Shown in pieces: positions 12,344-25,477 of a DNA stretch of 64,000 bases (positions are counted from its first letter, which is position 1; each line of letters starts with the position of its first letter). Origin of the DNA: Raillietiella orientalis (taxonomy: Eukaryota); NCBI GenBank assembly GCA_036172245.1, contig JAYWIR010000094.1, positions 186,001 to 250,000 on the forward strand. The letters run 5' to 3'. The notes below the pieces were generated by a model, which saw nothing but the letters and a program-made list of their open reading frames with translations, had not been told where the DNA came from and did no database searches. A program made the translations under genes and the position numbers.

Positions 12344-15301
12344 TCCACAGCGGGGATTCGGCCAAGGGGCTCGCAACGAACGCGCGTATTTGCACGCGCG
12401 TCGTCACGAGAGGAACCTCAATGTCCGTCGTTTGGCCTTATACCGTGCCGAAGCCGAGCGACAAGCCTGGCAATCCGGGTCAGCCAGCATGCTGGGTGAC
12501 CTGGGCCGGGAACGTTCGTCGCCGTCTAAGGTACGGAATCTCGTGCGGTGTTTTTATTCCTCCCTTTACGCCAAAGCACCACCCTAACAAGACGCTCCGC
12601 GGCGATTGCTCATGAGTGGTTCCGTGGCGATAGGGGAGGAGGAGAGAGAAAGCCTCGATGAGCCTTTCACGACCGGTGAAATTCTCGCCGGTATCAAAAG
12701 GCTCAAGAAACGTAAGGCGCCAGGGGAGGACGGCTTGCCCGCGAAGTTTTTTCAGAGTTTCGCGGAAGCGCTGGCCCCCTTGGTGCTCGAGTTGACAAGG
12801 CGAATCCGAGACGAAGGCGATGTTCCCGCCTCGTTTTGGTCAGCAAGGGTGAGGCTCCTCTCGAAGGGAGGAGACCTCGGGAAGCTTTGCAACTGTCGTC
12901 CGATCACGATTGTGAACACGGACGCCAAGTTGATTGCCTGGCTGTGGGCTCCGCGACTGAAGCAGGTGTCCAATTCCATAATTAGCCCGGAGCAGACTTA
13001 CGCTCTTCCCGGCCGAAGTATTGAGGACAACCTCTTCTTCGCGAGCACATGGATGCACGCGCAGCGGAGTAATAAAGAAGAGAAAGGAAAAATTTGCAAC
13101 CCTACTTTGGGGCCGCCAGTGGGACAGGGAAGGGACCCTCATGTGGGAAAGGGGGCCTTAGCGATCGCAGTCGACCTCCGTAAGGCATTCGACTGTGTTG
13201 ACCAGGAACTCCTCTTGGAGCTCCTGGGTCGTATGGGCTTCCCACCCTCCTTGATTACCTACCCGCACTCTTGCTGGCGGAACGCGATAATCTCAATTAC
13301 TTTCAGTGGACAAAAGGTGTATGGCGTGCCGGTGCGGCGGGGTATAAGGCAGGGCGACAGCCTCAGCCCCCTGCTTTTTAGCACCTACGCTGAGTTGGTG
13401 CTAAAAGCGTACAGGGTGACTTTGGCCCCCTTGCCGAGCTCGTGCTCCGGCACGCCAGCCGTAGCGGCATATGCCGACGATCTTCTGCTCCTCTTACCTA
13501 TGTCCACCCCGGCGAAGGCGGTCGGAGATTTCTTCGAACTGCTTAGCCGTGGGGCCGGATTACAGGTTAACAGGGCGAAGTCGTCAGTGTTGCCAGTTGG
13601 AGCGACGTGGGCAGGGCAGCAGGACTGGGTCCGTCTGGGGATCCCCACGGTGAGGTGCATCAAGTGCCTTGATGTGCCGTTGGGGGACTACTCCCCTGCG
13701 GAAGCGTGGTCCAGCTGCCTCCAGAAAGTCGAGACGGCGATCGGCCCGTTCCTGGAAGGCAAGTTTCACATGATGGAACGGGCCGCGGTTTGGAACGCCT
13801 TTGCGGCCCCCCTCCTCCGCCTCTTGCTTGTTGTTTGCTCCGCCCCCGTGAAATCAAAAAAGCGGACAAAGGACCTCCTCCGCATAGCTCTTTGGGGCAA
13901 GGGGAGGCCCCGAGTCCCTTTGAAGGACTTGTGCACTCCGCGTCGGGACGGCGGTCTCAGCTTCCTGACGCTTTAGAGCGTGGAAATCCAGCTGCGATGG
14001 CGTACCCTCGCCATCGCAACGAAGATGTGGAGCACCGCTTGGTGCATTCCGGCCCGCCTGCTGGCCAGGCGTGTGTCCCGCTGCGAAGGACGCGCATCGT
14101 TTCTTCTGTGCCCTTATCAGAAGATTCGAAGATGCGGTGTAATGCTCGGCCGCATGGCAACCCTGGCAAAGGAGAACGACTGTATGGTTTGTGGCCCTGC
14201 TAACTCCTCCGCTTGTCAGGAAAAGACCGCTGGCACCTGGGCTAAGCAGAACCAGAGGTGCGAAGACCGGATGAACTGCCTGCTAGTAGGCTTATACGCC
14301 CGCCGCACTTTCCGTGAAATTCTTAAATTTCCACCGAGTTGCACGTAGGCGGAAGGCACACCCCTTGTTACAACGATGCCCTTCCTCCAAAGGGCGCTCC
14401 ACGGAAGCCGGAATCCAAGGTGGCAAGTCTGCTGCCGTATCGCTGGCAGAGAGAAGATGATGAGCGTCTGGACCATGGGAGAGTTGACAGATGCAACGAC
14501 CCCTAGTCTCCAGCCGCGTGGATTAAGAAGATGGGGCGAGCTGCTCGGCATTCGATTGAATGACCTGAAGTGGCCCCCGGTTCTACTTGGATCCAGGATT
14601 CTCCCCGTGAAGTGGCAGGAATCGGCGCTTCTGTGGCTGCATTGGGGTCTACCCTGCAACGCGCGCCGCTTCCACTGGACGCGGGGAAGAGTAAATCCTG
14701 CGTGTGCCAGGTGTGGGGAGCGGGAGTCGCTCCCCCACCTCTTAGTTGAATGTCCTGCCGTCCAGATTCTTTGGGATCGTCTGAAAACGGCCCTCCAATA
14801 ACCGGATGGTGGCAATGTTGAATGTATCTTCAGTCTTGTCTTCGTGCGGGACGCCCTCAGTTCAGCCGCAGCCCTGGCAGCACTTTGCTGCATTCGTGGT
14901 ATCGTGGCGGCCTGGAGTGATGCCGAAGATGAAGACTGCATCGTGAGGGACGTCATCGAGTATGCTTCTCGCTTCCTGCAGAGAGCTACCCGATGGCCCC
15001 ATCTAGGAAAGCTGAAAATGGAACTAGAAGGCATCCTGCAAAGGATGGGCGCTCCTAGCAGTTTTCTGTGATCCCTTCCCGGCCCTCCAAACTTTTTTTT
15101 TTTGTGGTTTGTTTTTCTCTTTTATTTTATTTTTGTTTTTTCCCCCATTCCCCTCCACTGCCGAGGAGAGCCACACCGGGCTGCGTCCCGGTGTCCCGGC
15201 AGTTCCGGCATTCCGTGGCCGTCAGTGAAGCCTTGTACCACGTTCTGTATTGACCGTTGAAATGTTTTTTAATAAACGTCCCGGCGTATCCGGGTGGCAT
15301 C
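12344..15301 (+). mobile_element. Element D: ORF2 from the GFG linker site to the 3' terminus, degenerate
   Basis: GFGQGARNERAYL..., RT ORF 12606-13976, CARCGERESLPHLLVEC, T-rich UTR, AATAAACGTCCCGGCGTATCCGGGTGGCAT at 15271-15300. Confidence 0.93.
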
Positions 15302-17909
15302 GCCGAAACCTGGAGGAAGTTGATGGAGGGGAAACTGGTCACAGAACTCTCGGACTGAACGTTTTATTTTGTCCCATTCAGCGAGAGTCTGCAGTTCGCA
15401 ACTACGCAGGAATGCGCGCAGATGTTTGCGCGCTCCTGCGAGTCACAACCAGTCCCCCGGCAGGCGCCACGCTTCGGAGGGTGAACCTCTGTCGCGCGAA
15501 TGAATGTTGATCACTAGCCGAGGGTGATCGGACAGCTCCGACGCAATTGCTCCTCGAGTCCCCACCCGCGTACACAAGTGGTTATCGAGGAACACGTGGT
15601 CGATTCTGCTTCTCGCCCCGGCTTCATCGGCAAACAAGTTGCATCTATGGCCATCGGTCAACGAGTTGTGTGCATAGCCGCACACAACTCGTTGACCAAT
15701 TGTGCTCGTATGTCGGGGGCTTCCGACAGCAGGCGGACGTTGAAGTCTCCCGCTATCAGATGCGCCCGCCGCACGCCTGCTTCGGCCAGCCAGTCTCGCC
15801 GCAGGTCTTCGAAGAACGCAGTGCGTTCTGTGCGCCTGTGGCTGGTGCAGGGCGCGTACAGGTTCGTGACTACGAGGTCGATCGATTCGGACCACTTAAG
15901 GACAAGTTGTCCGACTCGACCTTCCTCGTCGAACTGTGCACTGCGCACCGCATTGGCGACGGCCGGCTTCAGCAGGAAAGCCACTCCGCGGCAGTGGTCT
16001 CCTCCACCACGCCAAAGTAGCCTCCCCCCTGTGAGCCTCTCGATTTCCTGGACGTCCTCTGCTCTGAGGGCATGCACCTCTTGAAGAAGTGCCAGATCGA
16101 AAGGTCGCAGGGTGTCGGCCACGCTACGCCTCTTGCTTTCGCTACGCAGCCCGTTGACATTCCAACAGGCTATACGCAGCTGCCGGCAAGAGGCGATTCC
16201 ACGCATCATACTAGTGATGGTGGTGGCGTGTGTATTGCCGCCTCCTGTTCGGGAGGCGGCTGGTCGTTGTTCATCTGCGCTGGTGGCGTTCCCCCAACGA
16301 CCGGAACGTCGGCAGTCGGACTGAGGTCGATAGGAAGGTCCGACCGGATGCTATCCATGAAGGGATCCCGCTACCTCGCGGACATCGCCTCTGCGCTATC
16401 CGAGCGCATCTCCTCCTCCTCAGCCTGAGGGGGAGCGACGCGCATAGGGTTGCGCGACTTCCGGCCCGCCTTCCTCTTCGGAAGTGCGACGGTGGGAGGG
16501 TTTCCGGCTTCCGCCTCGGACCCGGAAACTTCCGGGCCCTTATCTCCGCCGGACGTCTGACGGCCTTCTTTGCAGCCTTAGGCGGCTGCATTAAGGTGGC
16601 CGCGAGTTCCTCCGCCGGCTTCGCGAAGTTTTTCTCGTCGCTGCTGCGCGCGTGTTTGTCGCAGGATTCCTGCGGCGGTTCTGCGGCGTTCGCGACGGTT
16701 GCGGGAGTCGCGTTCACCGATCGACACTCGATCGACGGAACGCGCTCGATTGTAACGCGGCATTCCTTTATGGACTCGCGCGGCGAAATTTTTGGTTCGC
16801 CGACCGCGGGTTTTTTGGGAACGCTCGCGTTCTGATTTTTGTTATTTTTTGTAGGTATTTTTTTTTTTTTTTTTGTGTTTCTTTTGCTTTTTTGTTTGAA
16901 ACGACTTTCTAGTTTTCCTCGTCGGCAGTTGGCTCAGAAGTCTCCTGCTCCTTGTGCACGACTTCTTCTGAGGTCGGCTGTTGGTTGCTTGTTTTTTGGT
17001 TTTATGCCTTCTTCTCCTCATTTGTCGAAGGGGCTGAAGGCGTTGTCGCGGCGTTTTTCGGGCACACAGCACTAGTGTGGCCCTTCGCGCCGCAGGTTGG
17101 GCATGTGGCATGCGGGCATCTCTTTTTAAGATGCGCGAATGTGTTGCACAGCCCACAGTATTTTTCCTTCCCCACGTACCAGAGGTCCACGAGCTCGTCG
17201 TTGACCTCCAGCTTGTGGGGAAGTTTTTGTTTTCGCGGAGAGTTACGCGTGCGGCAACTCGCCCACTGAATGCGCCTCGATAAGTAAAGGCGTTGGGCTC
17301 CGAACACATCAGGTATATCTCCGCGAACTTGTTGATTTCAGTGCGGATGGCTTCGTCGCTCATCCGCATCGTTGTACCGGTTAGGTGGATCACCATGGAG
17401 TGATCCACCGTGTGTGGGAGGAGATTCCGCCCATCGAACGGAACGGGCGTGCAGAGCAGTTTGTGCGTGAGCGCTGCATCTCTGCAGATCAGCTCCGCGA
17501 ACTGCTCGCCGCTTCGAATCGAGAAGCATAGAATCTCCTCGTCAGAAATTCCCATCTTACGGATGGCATTACCAAATTTCCGCGTTGTAAGCGGAGAATA
17601 TAAGTTTCCCACCTTATAAAGGAGGGCTGGGTTGCAGCCCTCCTTTATGTAGGCTTGCAATTCAGCAGCCACGTCCGGCGGAGCCGCCGCGGCCACCTTG
17701 TTCCACGCCCTCGCCGGGGTGGCGGGGGCTGATTTTGTGGTGGGGCATGACCCCACCTCCATAGGTTGGGGAGACGTGGGCCTCACGTCTCCCGTCGCAG
17801 GTACTGCGGCGTCTTCAGGCATTTCTGCCTTCCAACGGCCGCACTTCCACACTTCCAACAACTGTTCTTGGATTCGCTCACGGGCGCTAACCAAAAACGC
17901 GTGCGGCAC
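15302..17909 (-). mobile_element. Element E: 5' UTR, ORF1 and APE, cut at the GFG site by D
   Basis: ORF1 knuckles CGLCNTFAHLKKRC/CPTCGAKGHTSAVC; APE WNVNGL..GDFN..SDH; ends ...QFPLHQLPPGFG. Confidence 0.9.
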
Positions 17910-17934
17910 CGGCGCAGGTTTGCCGCAAGTTTGC

Positions 17935-18530
17935 CAGGGGTCACTTCAGGTCATCCAATCGAATGCCGAGCAGCTCGTCCCATCTTATTGAACCACGCGG
18001 CTGGACACTAGGCTTCGTACCATCTGTCAGTTCTCCCATGGTCCAGCCGCTCAATATCTTCTCTCTGCCTGCGATAGGGCAGCAGACTTGCAACCTTAGC
18101 TGCCGGCTTTCGTGAAGCGCCCTTTGGAGAAAGGGCATCGCCGTTGCAAGAGGTGTCCGTTCCGTCCACGTGCAACTCGGTGGAAGTTCAAGAATTTCAC
18201 GCAGAGTGCGGCGGGCGTAGAAGCCGATTCGCAAACGGTTCTACCTTTCGTGGCTCCTCTCATGTATCTTCGCCCACGTGCCAGCAGTCTCCGCCAGCCA
18301 TGCGGAGGAGTTGGCGGGGCTGCATACCATCCAGCCAATCTCCTTAGCCAAGGTGAAGATGCGTCGAAGGAGCAGACCGCATCTTCCCATCTTTTGGACG
18401 GAGCACAGAAGATAAGATGCTTGTCCTTGCGTCCTGGAGACACGCCTGGCAAGAAAGCGGGCGTGAACGCATCAAGTGGTGCTCTACGAATTGGTGATGT
18501 CACTCAAACAGCTGCCTCCGTCCATTAGCA
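17935..18530 (-). mobile_element. Element F: ORF2 C-terminal fragment
   Basis: YARRTLREILE...WTMGELTDGT...WDELLGIRLDDLK, closely similar to D 14280-14580. Confidence 0.85.
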
Positions 18531-18719
18531 TTTGCGGCGTCGGCGGAAGAGGGGACCGTTCCTCTCTTTACAGAGGCACCACTCTCTTCGGAGTCACACT
18601 GCACCCCAGGCGGTTTTCCGCATCATATAAGGGATACTAGAAGCTCAAAGTCGCCCAATCGAGTGACGTCACATGTACAAAGAGACATGCAACTGATGTA
18701 TGCATGGAATTTAGCTCTC

Positions 18720-19257
18720 CTAGTTGGCAAAACGCGCACTCAGCGAATGTTCGGTTTCCTTGGAGCGCGTGGAGGTCCCCGAGACCGAAACCGGGAGAGA
18801 TATCCCCCTCCTCGTTGACAACGAAGTCGCGACCGCGGAAGGCAAACCCTCTGTGCAAACAGAGGAAGAACAGCGCGACGCGCTCGCCGCAATTGAGGAG
18901 GCCGCCTTTCAAAAGACGGCGGAAGAGCTCGCGGCCGAACTCGTCGACCGTTAGAACCGAGCGAGTAAGGCCTTACAAAGGCCGGCAGCGAGCACCGCAC
19001 CTTCTATAGGTGAGCACGACCCGGATGGGGAAGTGCGTAATCCTTCGCGGAGGCGCTTTCGAAGAAGACTTCACGGAAGTCCAACAAACCGAAGAGGCGC
19101 ATCACGACGAAGAAGTGGGGGACGCACCGGCAACCGAGAGGGAAGCCGACACCTTGGGACCGGAGGAAGGAATTTTCCCACCATCCGCTACCGAGCAGCT
19201 GGCAAACCCTATGGAGGAGGGGGAGCAGGTAAGTGATTCCTTCCCCCTTCCATCGGT
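18720..19257 (+). mobile_element. ORF1 C-terminal fragment
   Basis: ECSVSLERV...AAFQKTAEELAAEL matches motifs shared by the other ORF1 copies. Confidence 0.75.
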
Positions 19258-20915
19258 GGGCCGACGTGTGTTTCTTTCGTTTCCGAGTGAGTCGACAGGA
19301 AGCGGTTTCTTTCGTGTTGTTTTTGTGTGGAACGTAGTAGGTGTCGGAAAGCAACCTTCCCTGAGAACTCCACGATGGAAGTAGGTGTGGAAAAGGCTTG
19401 TCCATCCCCACAGCCTACTGGATCAGGGGCATCCAACCCGGAGTCATCCTCGGCAACTCCGACGACGTGAAGCGCCATGGTGGATGCGTTTAGCGCAACA
19501 GTCATGGAGGAGATGGCCCCCTACCGGGCAGCTGGGTACAAGCCCAGCTTAGTATACCGTGTAGGCAATCTTTTTGTTGAGCGAACTGCACGCAGCTTTA
19601 CGAAGGCGCTCCAGAACACCAACGTACTAGAAAAGGATCTCAATGGTCTATCTATGCTTAGCGGGAGTCAGCTCGTCGATGTTGTCTGTAAGGACATTAT
19701 TTTCGCGCAAAATCTGATCACCACCCCGCAGAACCTGGATGAGCGCATGATCCTGCCAGTGACGATGGACCGCTCCGTAGTGGTCCATCTGACTGTTATC
19801 ACCAGCCGCATGACGCGGTCTGCGGTTGGCGAGGAACTGCAGAAGTTCGGTGAGGTAGACGCGCTGTGACCAAAGGCCACTATCTTCGAGGGCAACAATA
19901 GCCTTTTCGTGGGGAAGCCCGCCGTGCAGGTATCTGTGAACGAGGGTGGAGCGCCACCTTACAAGTTGGAGGTCTGCCAGGAAGCACTAGACATCTGGTA
20001 CATGGGGAAACGCCGCTACTGTGGGTACTGTAGCACAGTAGGTCACCTCCGCAAAAGGTGCCCAAATAAACAGTGCCACCTGCGCGGGAAGCAGAGCCAC
20101 GTTCGACGAGTGTTCCCCAAGCGCCCCAGCCCGGTGCAACCTGCAGCCAAAAAGGCGCTGGTAAAAAAAACCAAGCAGGTCGCAAGACCTATAGTTGGAA
20201 GTGGCCGTCAGAAGATGCCACCACCTCAACCTTTGAAGCAAAAGTCGAAGGAACAACCTTTCCAAGTAGTGGGAGGGGCAGACGGTTAACAGGATGTAAA
20301 GACCCGTAAGTAAAAAAGGTTCTCAACCAGGAAGCCGCAAGAGCGGAGAGAAAGCCGGCCGGTAAGGAGACAGAACCTGAGCCGCGCTCAAAAACTCAGC
20401 GGGAGTGCACAATTGCACTCGAATGCATTGCCGTTCCCGAGGTTGCCACACTGGGCGACGAGCCTCTTTTCGCCGTTTCCGCCGCGCCGGAAGCTCGCGA
20501 GGGCGAACCCTCTGTACAAACAGAGGGTGAGCCGAGGGACGCGCGAGCCGAAAGCGAGGACGTTGCATTCGCGGAGGCGGCGGAGTTCGCGGACACACTG
20601 GTTGAGCGTGACAACCTCTCTTGCAAGGCCTTGCGAAGGACGGCTCCGGCAAAGAAAACCTTCTCAGGTGAGTTAGACCTCGGGGCAAGAAGCACATATT
20701 CCTCCACGGAGTCACCCTTCAGAAAGTCGGGACGCAAGTCCCAGAAGCCCAGGAGGTGCCTCCCCTCCTTCAGCGAGGAGGAGAAGCAGGAAGGTAGCGG
20801 AAGCGTGGGAATCCCGGGGAGGGAAGTCCCACGCTCCGAAGCCGTCGAACCGGCTACCCCCATGAAGGACGGTGAGTTGGGGGGAAAGTCCTCCCTGCAG
20901 TAGCCAAGCATGAAC
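19258..20915 (+). mobile_element. Element G: 5' UTR and degenerate ORF1 (same subfamily as Q)
   Basis: GGGCCGACGTGTGTTT start; UTR similar to the reverse complement of 42150-42242; YRAAGYKPSL, CGYCSTVGHLRKRC. Confidence 0.85.
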
Positions 20916-20974
20916 AGCACGCCCTCATGGAGGAGGGCCTACAGGTGCCCTACGTCTGCAACGTACACCTGTTT

Positions 20975-23112
20975 TTTGGGGGAATCGCCGCCTCCACCCC
21001 TTCAGGGAGGATAGATCCATCCTGATCCATCTCCTCGGAATCAATTTCCGGATGTCCAAAGAGGATGTCCGAAAGGAATTATTAAAATTTGGCACCGTAA
21101 ACGCGCTGTAGAAAAAGCCTACTCCGTTTTGGAAGTATGATCTTCCCAATTGCTGTGAGGCTTCCGCGCGAATCACGGTGCGCGAAACTTGCTCCTTTCC
21201 AAACTAGCTGGAGGTAAACGACGAGCCCGTTGACGTTAAGTATGTTGGTAAGCCGCATTTTTGCGGGCATTCCAGCACTTGAGGTCACCTAAAAAAAAGG
21301 TACCCCTACTTGCAGTGCAAACAATGCCAGCAACCCAGGCACACTTTTCCGGTGTGCCCTCCAAATCAAGTCGGCGTCGCGTCCGCACGGAATGCTAACC
21401 ACTGCGGCCAAAAAAAAAGAGTTCTGGCAGCGCGAGAGCGAGCCGCCACTAAAGACCAAGCTATCGTGCCCCAGATAAAAGCCTGCTCCGAGATCCCGGA
21501 ATACTCGGACAAGGTCGAAGAGAACGGCCAGGAACATGGAGGGCACGTAGTAAAATCCAAGTTGCAGAAAAACCTCAATGAACCAAAAAAAAATTTCGCA
21601 AAACGCAGCGAGAATCTGCCGAGTCACGAAAAGATCGAACGCTGCTCTGTCGTCATCAAGCCCATTCCTGCGGTCGAACAGAGTGGCGAAATTGAACTCT
21701 TCGCTGCCCACTCTAAGCCCTCCGGCAAATTAATGCCGGTGGATACCGAACTGGCGGTATTGTCCGTCGTCAAACTCCTGCTCGAAGACGTCGCCTTTGA
21801 GCGAGCGGCGGTGGAGCTCGCTGCGTCCTTGCAGCGTCCCTCCAACCCCGCGAAAAAGACCTTAAGGCGTCCGACCTCGATCAAGAAGTCGGAGATCTCG
21901 AACTCTGACGCAGAGGAGGAAAACACAGACTGCGGCCTCGCGGCCTCGCGCCCGAGGGCCAGTAACACGAAGAAGGCTACCCGCAAACTTATCCCGTACG
22001 TTGAAAATGGAGACAATCAAGGGGAGCGAGCGTGCGAAGAGAGTGGGGAACACCAGGGACTCTCCTCCAGAGTTAATCAGACGCTGCGACGCTAGAGGAA
22101 GGGAAAAGGTAGAGTCTGTGCCCCAGGTGATTCAACTGCCTGAGATGGCCCCGGTATCCTTACTTGTCTCACCCACCTGTCCCTTGACAGGTGCTGCAAC
22201 ACGACGTTCCCAGCCTGAATGCAGGGAATCGCCTCTTGCCGCCTTCTGCGAATTGCCTGTTGCACCGTCAACGGGCTAAGCGACAACGGAAAGAGACGAG
22301 AGGTGGCCGCCACCCTGGCATCGTTCGACCTCGTGCTACTGCAGGAGATCCACGCGATCTCCGCAGACCAAGCAGCGGAGATCGAGTGTATCTCGGGTGC
22401 ACGGCTGCTGTGGCGCTGCGGCGCCGTTAAATATTGCGGTGTCGCGTTCCCAATTCTGCCAGCTGTCGAGGCCACGGCAAAGGGCGTACGGTTCGATAGT
22501 GCAGATCGAGTCGGGCAGTTGACCATAAGGTGGTCCGACTCCATCGATCTGGTCATTAAAAAGTGTACGCCCCAAGCGACAGCGACGCGTTAAGGGCAAA
22601 GGCAAGGAGAGATTTCTTCCTTACCCTGAGGAGCGAATATCTGGACGAATCGGGAGAGCGCAAAGCGCACCTAATCGCAGGTGACTCTAACCTTCACCTG
22701 CTGTCAGGTGCGTCCGACACACTTCGAAACCTTGTTAACAAGCTAGCGCAGAGATGCACACGCGCAACTTGGTCGCTGTGGATCCGGAAATAACCGACAG
22801 CATACATCTCGTGTTTCTTTACCAGCACCTATGCTTACGCGCGCGCAAGCGGGGCAAGTTACCGTCGCAACTGTCGGACCATGACCGGATCGTACTGGAT
22901 TTGCGCCTATGCGATAGAGGTCCCCCGTCATCTGCGTGGCGATTATCATCTGCGAGGGGGACTGGCTGAAGATTCCGGTAGCCGCGGAACATCTCCGCGG
23001 GTTTCTACGAGGTTACAGCTTGCAGACGCTTCAGGACTGCGACCAATTCAACCGCTCGGTCTGGAAGTTTTGTGACGAGATCTCTATGAACCTCCTACCT
23101 GCCGGGTCAGGC
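20975..23112 (+). mobile_element. Element H: partial ORF1 and APE, cut at the GFG-equivalent site by I
   Basis: CKQCQQPRHTFPVC; MQGIASCRLLRIAC at 22219; ends ...NLLPAGSG. Confidence 0.85.
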
Positions 23113-25477
23113 GTTGCCACCCGTGTACGCTTGGGGCCTTTATTAAACAAAACTCTCTATGAAACTTAATATAAGGCCTCATTGCGTCCTCAGACACGGA
23201 ATATGTCGACACAGGGAAGAAGCCCGTCGTGGCACGCCCCGACAGCGAAAGGGCATGGGGGAAATACCAAAAAGAAAATTGAAGACATAAACAAACGAAA
23301 AGAGTTTGGAGAGCAGGGAACGGATCACCGGACGGTGTGAAAAGGGCCCTTTGGTCGAAGGAAGCCCTCGAAGTCTGTACGCATACTTCCCAGATGGAAT
23401 TATCGAGCAGCTCTTCGCAAGAGGCGTACTGCATGCTGGATGACTTCCCTCTCGTTCCAATCTTCATTTTCGCTGCTGGCGTCGCTCCAACCCGCCACGA
23501 TGCCTCGAACGCAGCAAATAGCCGCGAGGGCTGCTGATGGCTTCAGAGCGTCCCGCACAAAGAAAAGGCGGAAAACGTCTCGGTGTGCAATGCCCATAGG
23601 GAGCCCGAGAATCGTCCCGAACCGTTCCCAAAGTGGTCGGAGAGCATGAGAATTCAATCTAAGGTGGGGGAGCGATTCCCGCTTTTCGCACCTGGCACAC
23701 GCAGGATCCACAGCCTTTTTCGTCCAGTGAAATCGGCGCGCGTTGCAGGGTAGACCCCTATCCAACAGGAGCAACGCGGACTCTTGCCACTTAAGGGGCA
23801 GGATACTGGATTCCTTCATAAATAAGGGGCCACTCGAGCTTATCCCTGGGGATGCGAGCAGCACGCCCCTTCTCAATATTCCACGCACCTGGACGCTCGG
23901 GGTCGTGGCGTCCGATAGTTGACCCATGGTCCAGCCGCACAACTTCTTCCCTCCTCCCTAGAAGCAGCAGGAGACTTGCCACATTGGCGTGCGGCCGTTG
24001 CGAAGAGCCCTCTTCAGTAAGCTCATCGCCGTAGCAAGGCAGGTTGTATCGGTCTACGTGCTTGCAGCGGGATTTTCCAAGGGATCCCGCAGCGTGCAGC
24101 AGACGTTGGGGCCGCATCGGAAACGCTTCCAGCCTTCGTGGGTTCTCCGGATTAACACAGCTCAGGTGCCGATGTTCTCCACCAACGAGGGGGAGGAGTT
24201 GGCAGGGTTGCAAACCATCCAGCGGTTCTCCATGGCCAGGGTTGCCATGCGCCTGAGCAGTAGGATGGATCTTCTTATCTTCCGGCCTGAGCACAGAATA
24301 AAGCACGCGAATCCCTCGCAACATGACACACGGCTGTCTAGGAGGCGGGCCGGAATGCATCAAGGGGCGCTCCACATCTTCGCTGCGATGGCGAGGTTCC
24401 GCCATGGCAGCTGCTTCTTCACGCGTTCCAGCGTCGGGAGGCCAAGACCGCCGTCCCGAGAAGGAGCGCACAAGCCCTTTAGACGGACTCGGGCCTTTCC
24501 CTTGCCCTAATGGGCTATACGGAGGAGGTCCTTTGTGCTCTTCTTAATCTCTAAGAGGGCGGGCAAACAAAAAGCAAGCGGTGGAGGATGGAAGCCGCAA
24601 ATGCATTCCGAACCGCTTCCCGTTCCGGCAAGTGAAACTTTCCTTCCAGAGACTGGCCGAACGCCGTCTCTACTTTTCGGAGGCAGCTGAACCACGCTTC
24701 CGCCGGGGAATAGTCATTAAACGGCACACCAAAGTACTTCGACCACCTAACCGTGGGGATCCCCAAAGACAACCAGTCCTGCTGCCCTACCCACGCCGCA
24801 CCTAATGGAACCACCGACGACTTCGCCCTGTTAACCTGCAGTCCGGTCCCGCGGCAAAGCAGATCGAAGAAGTCCTCGACTGCCTTTGCCGGAGTGGACA
24901 TGGGTAACATAAGCAGAAGATCGTCGGCGTACGTTGCTACGGCGGGCGTATCGGGGCACGAGCACGGCAAGGGAGCCAAGGACACCCTGTACGCTCTCGG
25001 CACCAAACAAAGGTAGGTGCTGAAGTGCACGCGGTTGAGACTATCTCCCTGCCATATACCGCGCCGCGAGGGTACACCATACAATTTCTGACTGCTAAAA
25101 CGGATTGAGATTATCGCATTGCGCCAGCAAGAGCACAGGTAGGAAATCAGAAAGGGTGGGAAGCCCATGCGACCCAGGAGCTCCAAGAGGAGTTCCTGAT
25201 CCACACAGGCGAACGCCTTGTGGAGATCTACTGCGAGCGCTAGGGCCCCTTGTTCGCCCGGGGATTACTTCCCAGCCCGGGTGAAGACCGCAATGTGGGG
25301 TTGCTGGTTTTCCCTTTCACTTTCTTTTTTCTCCTCTGCAGGTGCATCCATGTGCTCGCGAAGAAAAGGTTGGCATCCATATTTCGCCCGGGAACAGTAT
25401 AAGTCTGCTCCCGGCTATTTATGGATTCTGCCACCTGCTTCAGACGCGAAGCCCATAGCCTTGCTGGCAACTTGGCG
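23113..25477 (-). mobile_element. Element I: RT from the DAKL site to the 3' terminus, degenerate
   Basis: TYADDLL, CARCEKRESLPHL; terminus AATAAAGGCCCCAAGCGTACACGGGTGGCAAC. Confidence 0.9.

Noticed and set aside
874..13769. Recurrent antisense ORFs (e.g. MK[HY]L[AT]VGIP..., MKLAFQERAD...)
   Set aside because: Shadow frames of conserved GC-rich RT codons, mostly with non-ATG starts and no independent support.
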